Shown in pieces: positions 9,538-18,809 of a stretch of 64,000 bases of DNA (positions within the stretch are counted from its first letter, which is position 1; each line of letters opens with the position of its first letter). The stretch lies in contig CAVWUU010000001.1 in assembly GCA_963758295.1 (NCBI GenBank), forward strand, positions 640,001 through 704,000, written 5' to 3'. Both the position numbers and the translations under genes were made by a program. This DNA comes from Candidatus Eremiobacteria bacterium. Lineage in GTDB: Bacteria; Vulcanimicrobiota; Vulcanimicrobiia; Vulcanimicrobiales; Vulcanimicrobiaceae. The notes under the pieces were generated by a model that ran no database searches, was not told where the DNA came from, and worked only from the letters and a program-made list of their open reading frames with translations.

Positions 9538-10139
9538 TCCGCCAGACCGGTATCCTTGCCGAAGTTCATTACTAGTTCAGTGCCATCGCTTAGTGTGTAG
9601 GCTTCGCATGGGCCTCCAATGAGTCCCGACCCACAACTGTCTTTCAGAACGGACCGCTGCGGATCGGCGTAGTTGACGTGTCCAGTTTCGCCAAGAACTA
9701 CCGGGCCATTAGGCACGTCAAGTTCGCGACGCTCATGTGGACCCGCTATCACGTCAATCACCGTGACGATCCCGTTATCTCCCGTTAAGACAGTCACGCT
9801 TCCACCTTGCTGCGTTCGCCATTTGTATGTGTGCCCGGACGCTTCGTCCGGCTTGCCGCGTTTCGCGACGGTGGCGGAGATATTTGAACCCAAGAAAATG
9901 CCGTCAACAGAATCGCGCGATTCCGCGACCAATCCCGCCACCATAAATATAGATAGCAACACGCTAGGGGATTTGACGAAAGTCGCTGCCGTGCCCTGGG
10001 TAAGCCCTGCTTCTCGTGTGCGTGTTCTGCGCCGAAGTCGCGACGCAACTGGTTCCTGCAACGAGCGCCGATTGGTGTACCCTGTGATTCCCGGCTCGAA
10101 ATGCCGATGGAATATACCGTGCCCCGAGCCCAAAGCCAA
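9465..10139 (-). CDS. Hypothetical secreted island cargo protein (true start probably internal)
   Basis: Hydrophobic stretch SVLLSIFMVAGLVA, then VDGIFLGS...KRGKPD. Confidence 0.5.
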   Translation of the reverse strand: MALGSGHGIFHRHFEPGITGYTNRRSLQEPVASRLRRRTRTREAGLTQGTAATFVKSPSVLLSIFMVAGLVAESRDSVDGIFLGSNISATVAKRGKPDEASGHTYKWRTQQGGSVTVLTGDNGIVTVIDVIAGPHERRELDVPNGPVVLGETGHVNYADPQRSVLKDSCGSGLIGGPCEAYTLSDGTELVMNFGKDTGLADWALNEVIIGNRSALLQSGRIIGQ

Positions 10140-10643
10140 GTTTTAGTACCAACAACGAATGACAGCACGTGCGCCGGCGTAGCGGAAAGCCCCTATTCTG
10201 GGCGCGATTCGCGATGGCAGCCGGGTGATTCTCGATCCTTTTGGGACGGAGTCGCTGACCTAGCCTCGATACCCGTACAGCCCGCTAGTTTCGCAGTGAA
10301 GAATCCGCAGTGGTGGGTGTGGGGTCTCCTCATGCACTACAGGGTCCCTGTGTTGCGCCGAGTTCTCGAAACGGCTGCGGTGTTCGATATAGGGCTCGAT
10401 CCGGTGGAAGTAACGAACGCGCTACGGCTGCTCCGGGGTGAGAGCGCGTACATGAAAGATAAGCGGTGCTCCATCGTCCACACATCAGTGAGGCTTTGGC
10501 GCGAGGCAAAACCTAGCGACATTTACACGTTTAACCGCAGGCCCACAAATACTGAGATCGACGCCCTCCGTGAACTCTATCGCCAACGAGAGAGAACGCG
10601 TGTGCCGAACTCGCGAAGGACCCCGAAGTGGGGGATCGCGTAG
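10101..10643 (+). CDS. Hypothetical island protein
   Basis: 180-aa ORF, no recognised motif. Confidence 0.3.
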   Translation: MPMEYTVPRAQSQVLVPTTNDSTCAGVAESPYSGRDSRWQPGDSRSFWDGVADLASIPVQPASFAVKNPQWWVWGLLMHYRVPVLRRVLETAAVFDIGLDPVEVTNALRLLRGESAYMKDKRCSIVHTSVRLWREAKPSDIYTFNRRPTNTEIDALRELYRQRERTRVPNSRRTPKWGIA

Positions 10644-10649
10644 CGCAAC

Positions 10650-11419
10650 AAGCGTTCGCGGTGCTACGCATACGCCGTCGACTTGGACTTGATTGATCGC
10701 AACCCGGCTTCAGCGTTGAAGGCACCGAGGGCAAAGCGTAAGGAGCAGCACATCCTCCCGCTACAGGAAGCACATCGGCTGCTTGATGCTGCGCGCCACA
10801 GCGACATGTACGCGATGTTCTACTTGGCTATCGCTACGAGCATGCGGCAAGGCGAACTGTTTGCGTTGCATTGGAAGGACGTGCATCTCACCGAAGGCTA
10901 CCTGCGCGTCGTTCATACGCTTGGTATCGGTGGGCGTGAAGAACCCGTGCTGGGTGAACCTAAGACAGAGTCGTCAAGGCGACGTGTCGATCTGTCCCGG
11001 GAAGCTGTTGCGGTTCTCAGGACACATTGGGCAGCGCAAAAAGGAAAGCCGAACGCCCACGGGTTGGTATTCCCCAGCGATCACGGCGGCTTCATTCGGA
11101 AAAGTAACTTCCGGCGACGCGAGTGGTGCCATTGTTGAAGAAGGCAAAACTGCCGCCTATAACGTTTCACAGTCTGCGGCACGTCGGCAACTCGATACTC
11201 GCACAGCAAGGTGTGCCTCTGAAAGTATTGCAAGGACGGTTGGGACACGCGACGAGCAAGACCACGTTCGATGTGTACATGCATTTAGCGCCTTCCGACA
11301 CATCGGTCGCGGCTCATACGATGGGCACGCTACTAGGCGCGGCTGGGCTAAATAGTCGGCTAAACCGTTCTCGTAGAGCCTCGAACGGCAAGCCGCGCAA
11401 AAAGAAAAAGGCCCGATAG
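10650..11419 (+). pseudogene. Tyrosine recombinase/integrase, N-terminally truncated and frameshifted
   Basis: IDRNP, TSMRQGELFALHW (R), PKT (K), FHSLRH, RLGH, DVYMH (Y); split at about 11125; arm- and core-binding N-terminus missing. Confidence 0.88.
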
Positions 11420-11430
11420 AATCGGGCTTT
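11408..11430 (-). terminator. Hairpin downstream of tRNA
   Basis: AAGGCCCGAT-aga-ATCGGGCTTT with T-run on the minus strand. Confidence 0.6.
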
Positions 11431-11434
11431 AAAT

Positions 11435-11510
11435 TGGTGGAGATGAGGAGACTCGAACTCCTGACCCCTTACATGCGAAGCAAGTGCTCTACCAGCTGAG
11501 CTACATCCCC
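11435..11510 (-). tRNA. tRNA-Ala (anticodon CGC)
   Basis: GGGGATGTAGCTCAGCTGGTAGAGCACTTGCTTCGCATGTAAGGGGTCAGGAGTTCGAGTCTCCTCATCTCCACCA: 76 nt, G3:U70 pair, encoded CCA. Confidence 0.97.
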
Positions 11511-11545
11511 GGGATCAAGTCGCCCCGATGAGGGCAACGCGAGGA

Positions 11546-11575
11546 ATTATACGGCTGCGGTGCGGCACCTGTCAA
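11546..11575 (-). promoter_or_regulatory. Consensus sigma70 promoter of tRNA-Ala
   Basis: TTGACA (11575-11570), 18 bp, TATAAT (11551-11546). Confidence 0.8.
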
Positions 11576-11664
11576 AGACATTTTTGTCGCAGCAAACGCA
11601 GGGCGAACCTGCCGGGGCATTGGTGCGTTATTTCGAAAGCCGCCGCAAAAGGAGCGACGCCCAA

Positions 11665-12252
11665 TTGAAGCATCTGGTCCTCGTGTCGATCCTCGCGATG
11701 ATCGCCGGCCTCGCTGGTTCGCGGGTGTCTGCCGCACCGATCGTCGTCGCGCAAGAGCGCTGCAATGACCGCACTGCGGGCGAGTTGGAAGCGCAAGTGG
11801 CGGACTTGCGGAAGCATCCGGCAGGCGATGCGGACATCAACGCCGGCTTTGCGACGCTCCAGCGCGTCATCGGTGAGCTCGAGCAAGAAGACGGAGTGCT
11901 CGAGGCCACCTGCGCGACGCGCAATTTGAACGACCTCCGCGGCGACATCCGAAGCTCGATTGCGCTTGCCTACCTTTTGGAGTCCGACCTTGCGATGCGC
12001 AAATTCGCCAAATGTCCGCACGGAGCGCAAGGCGTTTCCGCCGGATTCGTGGCCTCCGCGTGGTTTGAACTTCAGCGAGCGACCCCGGAGAATGGTTCGC
12101 CACCGGCAAGCGCCACCAGCCTGACTGATGAAGTGAAGAGCCGGGCAGCGCGCGCGAATCTCACGCTCACGGCCTTGAGCGACGCGTCGTCATATTGGGT
12201 CCACCAGGTTCAGGACGCGGGAAAGCAGGCGGCAACTTCCTGCCCGGGATGA
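11665..12252 (+). CDS. Hypothetical secreted helical protein
   Basis: SD AAGGAG then TTG 11665; signal peptide; four Cys. Confidence 0.65.
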   Translation: MKHLVLVSILAMIAGLAGSRVSAAPIVVAQERCNDRTAGELEAQVADLRKHPAGDADINAGFATLQRVIGELEQEDGVLEATCATRNLNDLRGDIRSSIALAYLLESDLAMRKFAKCPHGAQGVSAGFVASAWFELQRATPENGSPPASATSLTDEVKSRAARANLTLTALSDASSYWVHQVQDAGKQAATSCPG

Positions 12253-12253
12253 T

Positions 12254-12272
12254 TTTGCGAATCGTTTGCAAA
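12254..12272. promoter_or_regulatory. Putative Fur-family (Zur/Mur) operator
   Basis: 9-1-9 imperfect palindrome TTTGCGAAT-C-GTTTGCAAA directly upstream of the Fur-family gene. Confidence 0.55.
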
Positions 12273-12283
12273 TAAGCGTGGCC

Positions 12284-12670
12284 ATGCGGGCCTCCTATTC
12301 CACGCGGCCGCGGGAGCAAATTGCTGCAGTCTTGCGGGCCGAACGCCGCTATCTCTCCGCTTCCGAAATCCATGATTCGCTCGAACGGCGCGCCGTGCGC
12401 GTCTCGCTTTCAACCGTCTATCGAACGTTAGAGCATCTGCTTTCCAAGGGCGACGCGACGGCGCGTGTGGACGACGCCGGTGAATCGACGTACATGCTTT
12501 GCGAGCCCGCACATCACCACCATCATGCCATCTGCAGTGCATGTGGGCGGGTCGAAGACGTCGACTGTTCCGCTTTCGGGCAATTCGCCGACCTACTGCG
12601 CGAAATCCACGGCTTCCAACTCGACGGCCATAAAATGGAGTTCAACGGACGATGCCGCGACTGCCGCTAG
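12284..12670 (+). CDS. zur: Fur-family transcriptional regulator (Zur-like)
   Basis: SLSTVYRTL, HHHHHAICSACG, C-terminal CxxC; precedes metal ABC transporter. Confidence 0.85.
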   Translation: MRASYSTRPREQIAAVLRAERRYLSASEIHDSLERRAVRVSLSTVYRTLEHLLSKGDATARVDDAGESTYMLCEPAHHHHHAICSACGRVEDVDCSAFGQFADLLREIHGFQLDGHKMEFNGRCRDCR

Positions 12671-13539
12671 CGCGCCTTTGCGCGCTGCTCGCTATTTTCT
12701 CGCTCGCTGCCTGTAGCAGCGGTAGTTCTAACGGATCGGGCGCTTCGGGCAAAATTGCCGTCGTTACGTCGATCTCAACGTTCGATTCGTTCGTGCAAGC
12801 CGTCGGGGCCGATCGCGTTGAGGTGCATAGCCTGGTGCCTGTCGGTGCGTCGCCCGAGACGTATCAACCCACGCCGCAAACGGTCGAGATGCTTGCGCGC
12901 GCGAATTTGCTGGTTGAAAACGGGGTCGGCTTGGAGTCGTGGCTCGATCGAACCGTAAAGAATGCCGGTTCGAAATCGCTGCGCACCGTCGTGTGTTCGC
13001 ACGGGCTGGTGGTGAAAAACGACAATCCGCATCTTTGGATGGATCCCCAAAATGCGAAGGCCTATGTAATCGCGATTCGCGACGCACTGACCAATTTCGA
13101 TCCCCAGCACGCGAACGAGTACCGCAAGAATGCTGCCGCCTACAATCGTGGGCTAGACGCTCTGACGAAGAGCATCGCAAGCCGCATTGATACGATTCCG
13201 AAAGAACGGCGCTACATGATCGTCTTCCACAACGCGTGGGAGTATTACAACGATCGCTTCGGTATCACGACTCTTGGGTTCATCGAGCGCAATCCGGGAC
13301 AAGATCCCAATCCTCAGCAAATCGGCCGGTTGATCGATCTCGCGAAGCAGTATCATCTCAACGCGATCTTCAGCGAACCGGAATATAGTCCAAAGCTCGC
13401 GCAACAAATCTCCAAGGACGCGAACATTGCGATTGTCGACAACCTTTACGACGACTCGATCGGCAGCGATCCGCGCGTCGGAAACTATATCGACATGCTA
13501 AATTACGACACCGACGCCATTGTGAAGGCGCTCAAATGA
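12652..13539 (+). CDS. znuA: Zn/Mn ABC transporter substrate-binding lipoprotein
   Basis: Lipobox LAAC, NPHLWMDP, FHNAW, IFSE. Confidence 0.88.
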   Translation: MPRLPLARLCALLAIFSLAACSSGSSNGSGASGKIAVVTSISTFDSFVQAVGADRVEVHSLVPVGASPETYQPTPQTVEMLARANLLVENGVGLESWLDRTVKNAGSKSLRTVVCSHGLVVKNDNPHLWMDPQNAKAYVIAIRDALTNFDPQHANEYRKNAAAYNRGLDALTKSIASRIDTIPKERRYMIVFHNAWEYYNDRFGITTLGFIERNPGQDPNPQQIGRLIDLAKQYHLNAIFSEPEYSPKLAQQISKDANIAIVDNLYDDSIGSDPRVGNYIDMLNYDTDAIVKALK

Positions 13540-14336
13540 CGGAGCCGTGCAAAGGCGAAGCCGTTCGCGCAACCGAGCTTGTCGTGAAGTACGACGGTTT
13601 CACGGCGCTCGACGGCGCAACGTTGGACGTGCCCTTCGGCGAAGCGCTCGGTATCGTCGGGCCGAACGGATCGGGCAAATCGACCCTTTTGAAAACCATT
13701 GCCGGCCTGTTGCGGCCGGCGTCCGGCGGCCTGTGCGTCATCGGAGGCGATCCGCGCGCGCTTCCCCCTGGAAGTATCGCTTATGTGCCGCAAGTCGAAG
13801 CGGTCGATTGGACGTTCCCCGCAACCGTATGGGACGTTGTCGCCATGGGGCGCTTTCCGCGCATGCGGTTCTGGCACAGCTTCTCAACTCGCGATCGTGA
13901 AGTCGTGCGCGATGCGCTCGCGACGGTCAACATGCTCAAACTTGCCGATCGTCACATCGCGCAACTCTCGGGCGGTCAACAGCAGCGCGCCTTCGTCGCT
14001 CGTGCGATCGCGCAAGAACCGGAGTTGTTGCTTCTCGACGAACCGACGACCGGGGTCGATGCGGAAACGGAAGAAGCGCTGCTCGCCGTCGTGCGTAAGC
14101 TCGTGGCATCCGGTATGCCGGTGTTGATGACGACGCACGACCTCGAACGCGTCGACGAGTGGTTCGACCGGCTACTTGTGCTCGATCGTCGGGTCCTCGC
14201 GCTGGGGACTCCACAGGAAGTCGTTGAGGCCGGCGCATACGCGGCGATTCGCGAACACACCCACACGCACGGCCACCTTCGCCACGATCACGAGCCGCAC
14301 GACGAACATGCGGCGCACCCGGAGCTGTTTCGATAA
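13536..14336 (+). CDS. znuC: Zn/Mn ABC transporter ATPase with His-rich tail
   Basis: GPNGSGKST, LSGGQQQR, LLDEP; tail HTHTHGHLRHDHEPHDEH. Confidence 0.9.
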   Translation: MTEPCKGEAVRATELVVKYDGFTALDGATLDVPFGEALGIVGPNGSGKSTLLKTIAGLLRPASGGLCVIGGDPRALPPGSIAYVPQVEAVDWTFPATVWDVVAMGRFPRMRFWHSFSTRDREVVRDALATVNMLKLADRHIAQLSGGQQQRAFVARAIAQEPELLLLDEPTTGVDAETEEALLAVVRKLVASGMPVLMTTHDLERVDEWFDRLLVLDRRVLALGTPQEVVEAGAYAAIREHTHTHGHLRHDHEPHDEHAAHPELFR

Positions 14337-15167
14337 ATGGACGCGTTGCTCGCCCCGTTCCAATATGAGTTCATGCAGCGCGCGTTTATCGCCGCAATTG
14401 CCGTTGGGCTGTTGTGCTCCACAATCGGCACGTACGTCGTCTTGCGAAAGATGTCGTTTATCGGCGACGGCATTGCGCATGCATCGTTCGCCGGGATCGT
14501 CATCGCTTATCTACGCGGCATCGACTACAATATCGGTGCTGCAGTCGTCGCGGTGATCACGGCGCTCGGTATTGGTTTCGTGCACCGGCGCGGGCGCATT
14601 TCGCTCGACACGACTATCGGCGTCCTGTTCACCGGCGCGTTTGCGCTCGGCGTCTTCTTGATGAGCCGGCAGAAGAACTACACCGTCGACCTGCAGAGTT
14701 TTCTCTTCGGCGACATTCTTTCGGTCGGCACGGCAGATCTGTGGTTGATTCTTGCGCTTGGCGTCGTCGTGGCGGCAACGATCGTCATTCTTTTTCGCTC
14801 GCTGCTTTACACGTCGTTCGATCCGATTGTCGCGCAGGCGAGCGGCATGCGTGCGGGACGTGTGGAGTATGCGTTGCTTGTATGCGTTGCGCTAACGATT
14901 ATTGTGGCGTTGCAGTCCGTCGGAATTATCCTCGTTGCGGCACTGCTGGTAACGCCTGCGGCGGCTGCCTATCAGTTGACGTCGCGCTTTAATTCGATGA
15001 TGGGCTTGTCGGCAGTCCTCGGCGTCGTGAGTACCGTCGGCGGCTTGTATCTCTCGTACTACTTGCGCAGCTCGAGCGGTGCGACGATCGTGTTGCTCGC
15101 GACGGTGCTGTTCTTTGGCGCGATCGCGCTCAAATCGGTGCGGTCGTTCAACGCACGGCGATCGTAA
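14337..15167 (+). CDS. znuB: Zn/Mn ABC transporter permease
   Basis: GDGIAHAS, FLFGDIL, ABC-3 TM pattern. Confidence 0.9.
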   Translation: MDALLAPFQYEFMQRAFIAAIAVGLLCSTIGTYVVLRKMSFIGDGIAHASFAGIVIAYLRGIDYNIGAAVVAVITALGIGFVHRRGRISLDTTIGVLFTGAFALGVFLMSRQKNYTVDLQSFLFGDILSVGTADLWLILALGVVVAATIVILFRSLLYTSFDPIVAQASGMRAGRVEYALLVCVALTIIVALQSVGIILVAALLVTPAAAAYQLTSRFNSMMGLSAVLGVVSTVGGLYLSYYLRSSSGATIVLLATVLFFGAIALKSVRSFNARRS

Positions 15168-15954
15168 ACGGCACCGTATAAAGCTTCGAACCGCCTTCAA
15201 ACTGCAGCCACACGCGGTACGTGCCAACCGGTAACGGGGGAACGTGCATCGTCATCTTCGGGCCCGCTGTACCCATTTTGCCGTTTATCATCGGGTGCAC
15301 GTGCACGTAGCTCAAGTCTGCCGTGTTGATAAAGACCGCGTGCGCGGCCGCACCTAAGTACGTATGCAAATCTGTCGCCGGTTTGCCGTTGCGCTGAATT
15401 GTCAGCGGAAGCATCTGCATGGAAGCAGCCGGAAATGCCGTGTGCATCTGTACGGTGTATGGCCCGGCGGTCAACGTTTGAGGCGATGGGGTGGTAGCAG
15501 CGATGGGTTCATTTGTCGGCTGCCCCGCCGGCACCGTGACCGCCGTCGTATGCTGCGCCGGAATGAGGAAGCGAAAAACCTGCTGCCCGTCGCCCGCCGG
15601 ATCCGTATCCGCATACACGATGTATTCGCGTGAGGGATTGAGCGGAAGGGCAATCGTGAAGTGTCCGGTTCTTGCATTGAATGCCGGGTGCACATGCATG
15701 AACGTCGAGAAATCGTCCGTGATAACGATCATGTGCATGAGCTTGGTCATGTCCAGGTCGTACTTCACGACCGGCGTCTTCGAATCGCCCTCCAACTGAT
15801 AGACGTCTAGGGACGTCTTCCCGCCGGTCTGGCGAACCCTCATTTGCGCCGTGACTTTCGGCGTGCCGCCAAGAAGCGCGAAGGAGCCGGTAACCGGCGC
15901 GCTCATTGCGAGCGCAGCAACAAGGCTCAATCCGGTGCGCGCAAAACCGTCCAT
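15148..15954 (-). CDS. Secreted His/Met-rich putative metal-binding protein
   Basis: Signal peptide; duplicated motif MHMIVI..D...FMHVHP / AHAVFI...DLSYVHVHP. Confidence 0.7.
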   Translation of the reverse strand: MDGFARTGLSLVAALAMSAPVTGSFALLGGTPKVTAQMRVRQTGGKTSLDVYQLEGDSKTPVVKYDLDMTKLMHMIVITDDFSTFMHVHPAFNARTGHFTIALPLNPSREYIVYADTDPAGDGQQVFRFLIPAQHTTAVTVPAGQPTNEPIAATTPSPQTLTAGPYTVQMHTAFPAASMQMLPLTIQRNGKPATDLHTYLGAAAHAVFINTADLSYVHVHPMINGKMGTAGPKMTMHVPPLPVGTYRVWLQFEGGSKLYTVPFTIAVR

Positions 15955-17078
15955 GTTTCCTCTCCCTTCGCTTCCAGGTACCCATTTTCGGCAAGCAGGG
16001 CCAGCACTTCGTGCATCGCCGCCCGCTCGTTTTTATTCGGCATTCCCGCCCAGCGCATCGCCGCGTCGTTCAGCTCGACCGTCGTGCCCGGCTCGAGTAA
16101 CCGTCGAATAAACGATTCACTCAATTTGACGCGTTCCATCCGTCGCGCAACCGGCGCAAGCGCGGCTTCGAAAGAATCGGCGTGGCGCTGCGGTTCTTCG
16201 CTAGGCACTTCGCTAGGCATTTCGATCGCATTCACAGCCGGCGTGGTGCTCGCGCCCTCTGCAAGCGCCGGGACGGGTTTGGGCTGTTTCACCAAAGACC
16301 GCATAGCGGCGTCGGCGATCGCGGGGAACCACTCGCCGAGGACCGTTCCCATCGTCTGCCACGGCGCCGCATTCACCCGCGCTGCACGCCGTTCTATGCC
16401 ACGCAGGATGCGCGCCGCAACGCCGGCCGCTTTCCCATGCCACCAAGCGTCGTTCGGCCCCATGCCGGATGCAACGGAGAACGCCGTGTCAACGACGCCT
16501 GGATCAACGTACGTGACGAAGAGCCCCTGCGGACGAAGTTCGCGGCGGAGTTGGATCGCGCTCGCGCGTGTCGCTGCTTTTGCAGCGCAATACGCACCGT
16601 AGAGCGGCGCCGGTACGCGCGCCAAACCGGAGCCGAGGAACACGAACCCGCCTTGCGTCGCCTGAACCGGCGGCAGTGCCGCGCGCGCCAAACGCAGCGG
16701 TCCGGCGACATGCAATTGCCACTGCGCTTCGATGTCGGCATCGCTTTGTTCGAGCAGCGCACCCGGCGTCGCATATCCCGCATTATTTACGAGGACGTCG
16801 ATGCGTCCGAACGCCTCCACCGCCGCCTTCACGATGCGCACTGGTGCGTCTTTGGCCGTAACGTCCGCGACAACCGCAATTGCGCTGCCGCGGGCACCGG
16901 GAAGCGTTTCTACAACCGCATTCAACCGGTCGGCACGGCGTGCTACCGCCGCGACGCGCCAGCCTTTCGAAACCGCCAGCGTCACGAGCGCTGCACCGAT
17001 GCCGGAACTGGCGCCGGTTACGATGAGAACGCGAGCGTCAGAAGGGATAAGCGGCGCAATAGCGTCGGTAGAGGTCAT
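15927..17078 (-). CDS. SDR family oxidoreductase with extra C-terminal domain
   Basis: TGASSGIG, NNAG, YCAAK; ATG 17078. Confidence 0.88.
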   Translation of the reverse strand: MTSTDAIAPLIPSDARVLIVTGASSGIGAALVTLAVSKGWRVAAVARRADRLNAVVETLPGARGSAIAVVADVTAKDAPVRIVKAAVEAFGRIDVLVNNAGYATPGALLEQSDADIEAQWQLHVAGPLRLARAALPPVQATQGGFVFLGSGLARVPAPLYGAYCAAKAATRASAIQLRRELRPQGLFVTYVDPGVVDTAFSVASGMGPNDAWWHGKAAGVAARILRGIERRAARVNAAPWQTMGTVLGEWFPAIADAAMRSLVKQPKPVPALAEGASTTPAVNAIEMPSEVPSEEPQRHADSFEAALAPVARRMERVKLSESFIRRLLEPGTTVELNDAAMRWAGMPNKNERAAMHEVLALLAENGYLEAKGEETWTVLRAPD

Positions 17079-18279
17079 GCAATCCTTCCGGTAAGTCCGA
17101 GTAGTACAATTTTTCTTCAACAATAGGCGGCGGCACGGGCATCGTTCGCAGATGTTGTTTTGCGAGGCGTTCCAACGTTTGTGCAACCGGCTTATACGTT
17201 CCATCGTTGCGAATGATGCCGAAATGCAATTCGTGCGTTGCGAGATCGAACGGCGGCAAATCTCCAAGCGCCGCATCGTAGTCGGCCCAACACCACCACA
17301 ATGCGCCGAGCGATCCCCGGCGGTGCAAGCGCGCGATCACTTCTTCCGCGTAGCGCGCCATCTCGTCTTCGGTGAGACATGCATACGGCGCGGCATTTTT
17401 TGGCAGCGAAGAAGCCGCAATCGGCGGCTCGCCGGGCAGCGGTACCCGGTCGTAGGGGGAAATCGTTCCGGGCGGACACGTCGGGTTGCCGAACTCCGTG
17501 AAGAATGTCGGTTTTCCCGAAAGCGACTGCATGAGCTGCTGGTAGAACGGCACCACATCGTAATCCAATCGTCCGCGTGCGAACGTTGAATAGACGGAGT
17601 AGCCGTGCATCGTTGCAAACGCCCACGGCTTCGCAAGCGATGATGGGCGAATGTGGCGATCGCGCTCAACGTCTTCACCGTGCGTTCCGCCGGTCACGCG
17701 CGCGTTCGATCCGGATTTCCGATGCAGCGCGTCGGTTAACCATACACTCCAATCGGCCGCATCTTCCGGGCGAACGGGCTCCCGCAAATTCGAAAATTCG
17801 TTTCCTAAATCCCAACAGTAGAGCGCACGATGTCCCCGCGCCCGTTCGCCCACTTTTTCTGCAAAAAGCACCTGCGCGCGCAGAAGGCCGGGGTCCGCAT
17901 AGAAATCGCCCACGCCGTACGGCGACGTGTGTCCATTCGAAATCGTACGAAACCGGCCGTGGGGCGTGTCGCGGTCGAGCGACCATGCGGGAAGCCAATT
18001 GACGCCGCTCATGTGCCCGCAAAACAGCGTGGGCATCGCCAGCAATCCGGCGTCTCCGATCGTTTGCATGATTCGATCGAAGCGCCCCAGCATGTCGGGC
18101 GCCATCTCGTCCGGCGCGGGCTGGAACGCTTCCCACATGAGGAAGAAGCGGACGACGTCCATACCGAGCGCTTTTATACGCGCCATGTCCTCGCGAATCT
18201 CACCGAGATCGAACCGCTGCCACATGTACATAGCGGACCGGCGCGGCCAGTAATTGATGCCCATCAGAAACGGCGGCAT
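17038..18279 (-). CDS. Glycoside hydrolase, GH5-like (clan GH-A)
   Basis: GINYWP, WDLGNE (acid/base), FTEFG (nucleophile), WWCW, FGI. Confidence 0.8.
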   Translation of the reverse strand: MPPFLMGINYWPRRSAMYMWQRFDLGEIREDMARIKALGMDVVRFFLMWEAFQPAPDEMAPDMLGRFDRIMQTIGDAGLLAMPTLFCGHMSGVNWLPAWSLDRDTPHGRFRTISNGHTSPYGVGDFYADPGLLRAQVLFAEKVGERARGHRALYCWDLGNEFSNLREPVRPEDAADWSVWLTDALHRKSGSNARVTGGTHGEDVERDRHIRPSSLAKPWAFATMHGYSVYSTFARGRLDYDVVPFYQQLMQSLSGKPTFFTEFGNPTCPPGTISPYDRVPLPGEPPIAASSLPKNAAPYACLTEDEMARYAEEVIARLHRRGSLGALWWCWADYDAALGDLPPFDLATHELHFGIIRNDGTYKPVAQTLERLAKQHLRTMPVPPPIVEEKLYYSDLPEGLHDLYRRYCAAYPF

Positions 18280-18320
18280 GGCGTAGGTGTCCTTCGCCGT
18301 AACTCGAACCGCCTGCCTCG

Positions 18321-18809
18321 ATGGCGCAAGCAGACAAAAAGCCACTGGTTGGAATTATCATGGGCAGCCGTTCGGACTGGGAAACCATGATCGGCGCGCG
18401 CGATACGCTCGAAGAATTGGAGATTCCCTGCGAAGTGCGCGTCGTCTCCGCGCACCGCATGCCCGACGAGATGTTTGAGTACGCGCAAAGCGCGCGAGAA
18501 CGCGGTCTGCACGCCATTATCGCCGGCGCCGGCGGAGCCGCGCACTTACCCGGTATGACGGCTGCGAAGACGCTCGTGCCCGTGATCGGCGTGCCGGTGC
18601 AATCTAAAGCGCTGAGCGGCATGGACTCCCTGCTCTCGATCGTGCAGATGCCGCCGGGCGTTCCGGTTGCTACGATGGCGATTGGCGGTGCTGTCAACGC
18701 CGCGCTCTTTGCCGCTCGAATCATCGCCCTAAGCGACGCTAAAGTTGCGCTTCGCATAGCCGCGTACACGCAGAAGATGCACGACGCGGCGGCATCGAGT
18801 ACCCCGTGA
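18321..18809 (+). CDS. purE: N5-CAIR mutase
   Basis: [33 protein letters not shown]. Confidence 0.96.
   Translation: MAQADKKPLVGIIMGSRSDWETMIGARDTLEELEIPCEVRVVSAHRMPDEMFEYAQSARERGLHAIIAGAGGAAHLPGMTAAKTLVPVIGVPVQSKALSGMDSLLSIVQMPPGVPVATMAIGGAVNAALFAARIIALSDAKVALRIAAYTQKMHDAAASSTP

Larger units (their letters stand above)
8769..11486. mobile_element. Small decayed integrative element (about 2.6 kb) at tRNA-Ala(CGC)
   Basis: Flanking att repeats, integrase pseudogene next to the tRNA, GGGCTAA repeats at both ends. Confidence 0.85.

Noticed and set aside
11115..11140. Programmed frameshift in the integrase
   Set aside because: No slippery heptamer; a single missing G, and the gene is independently truncated.
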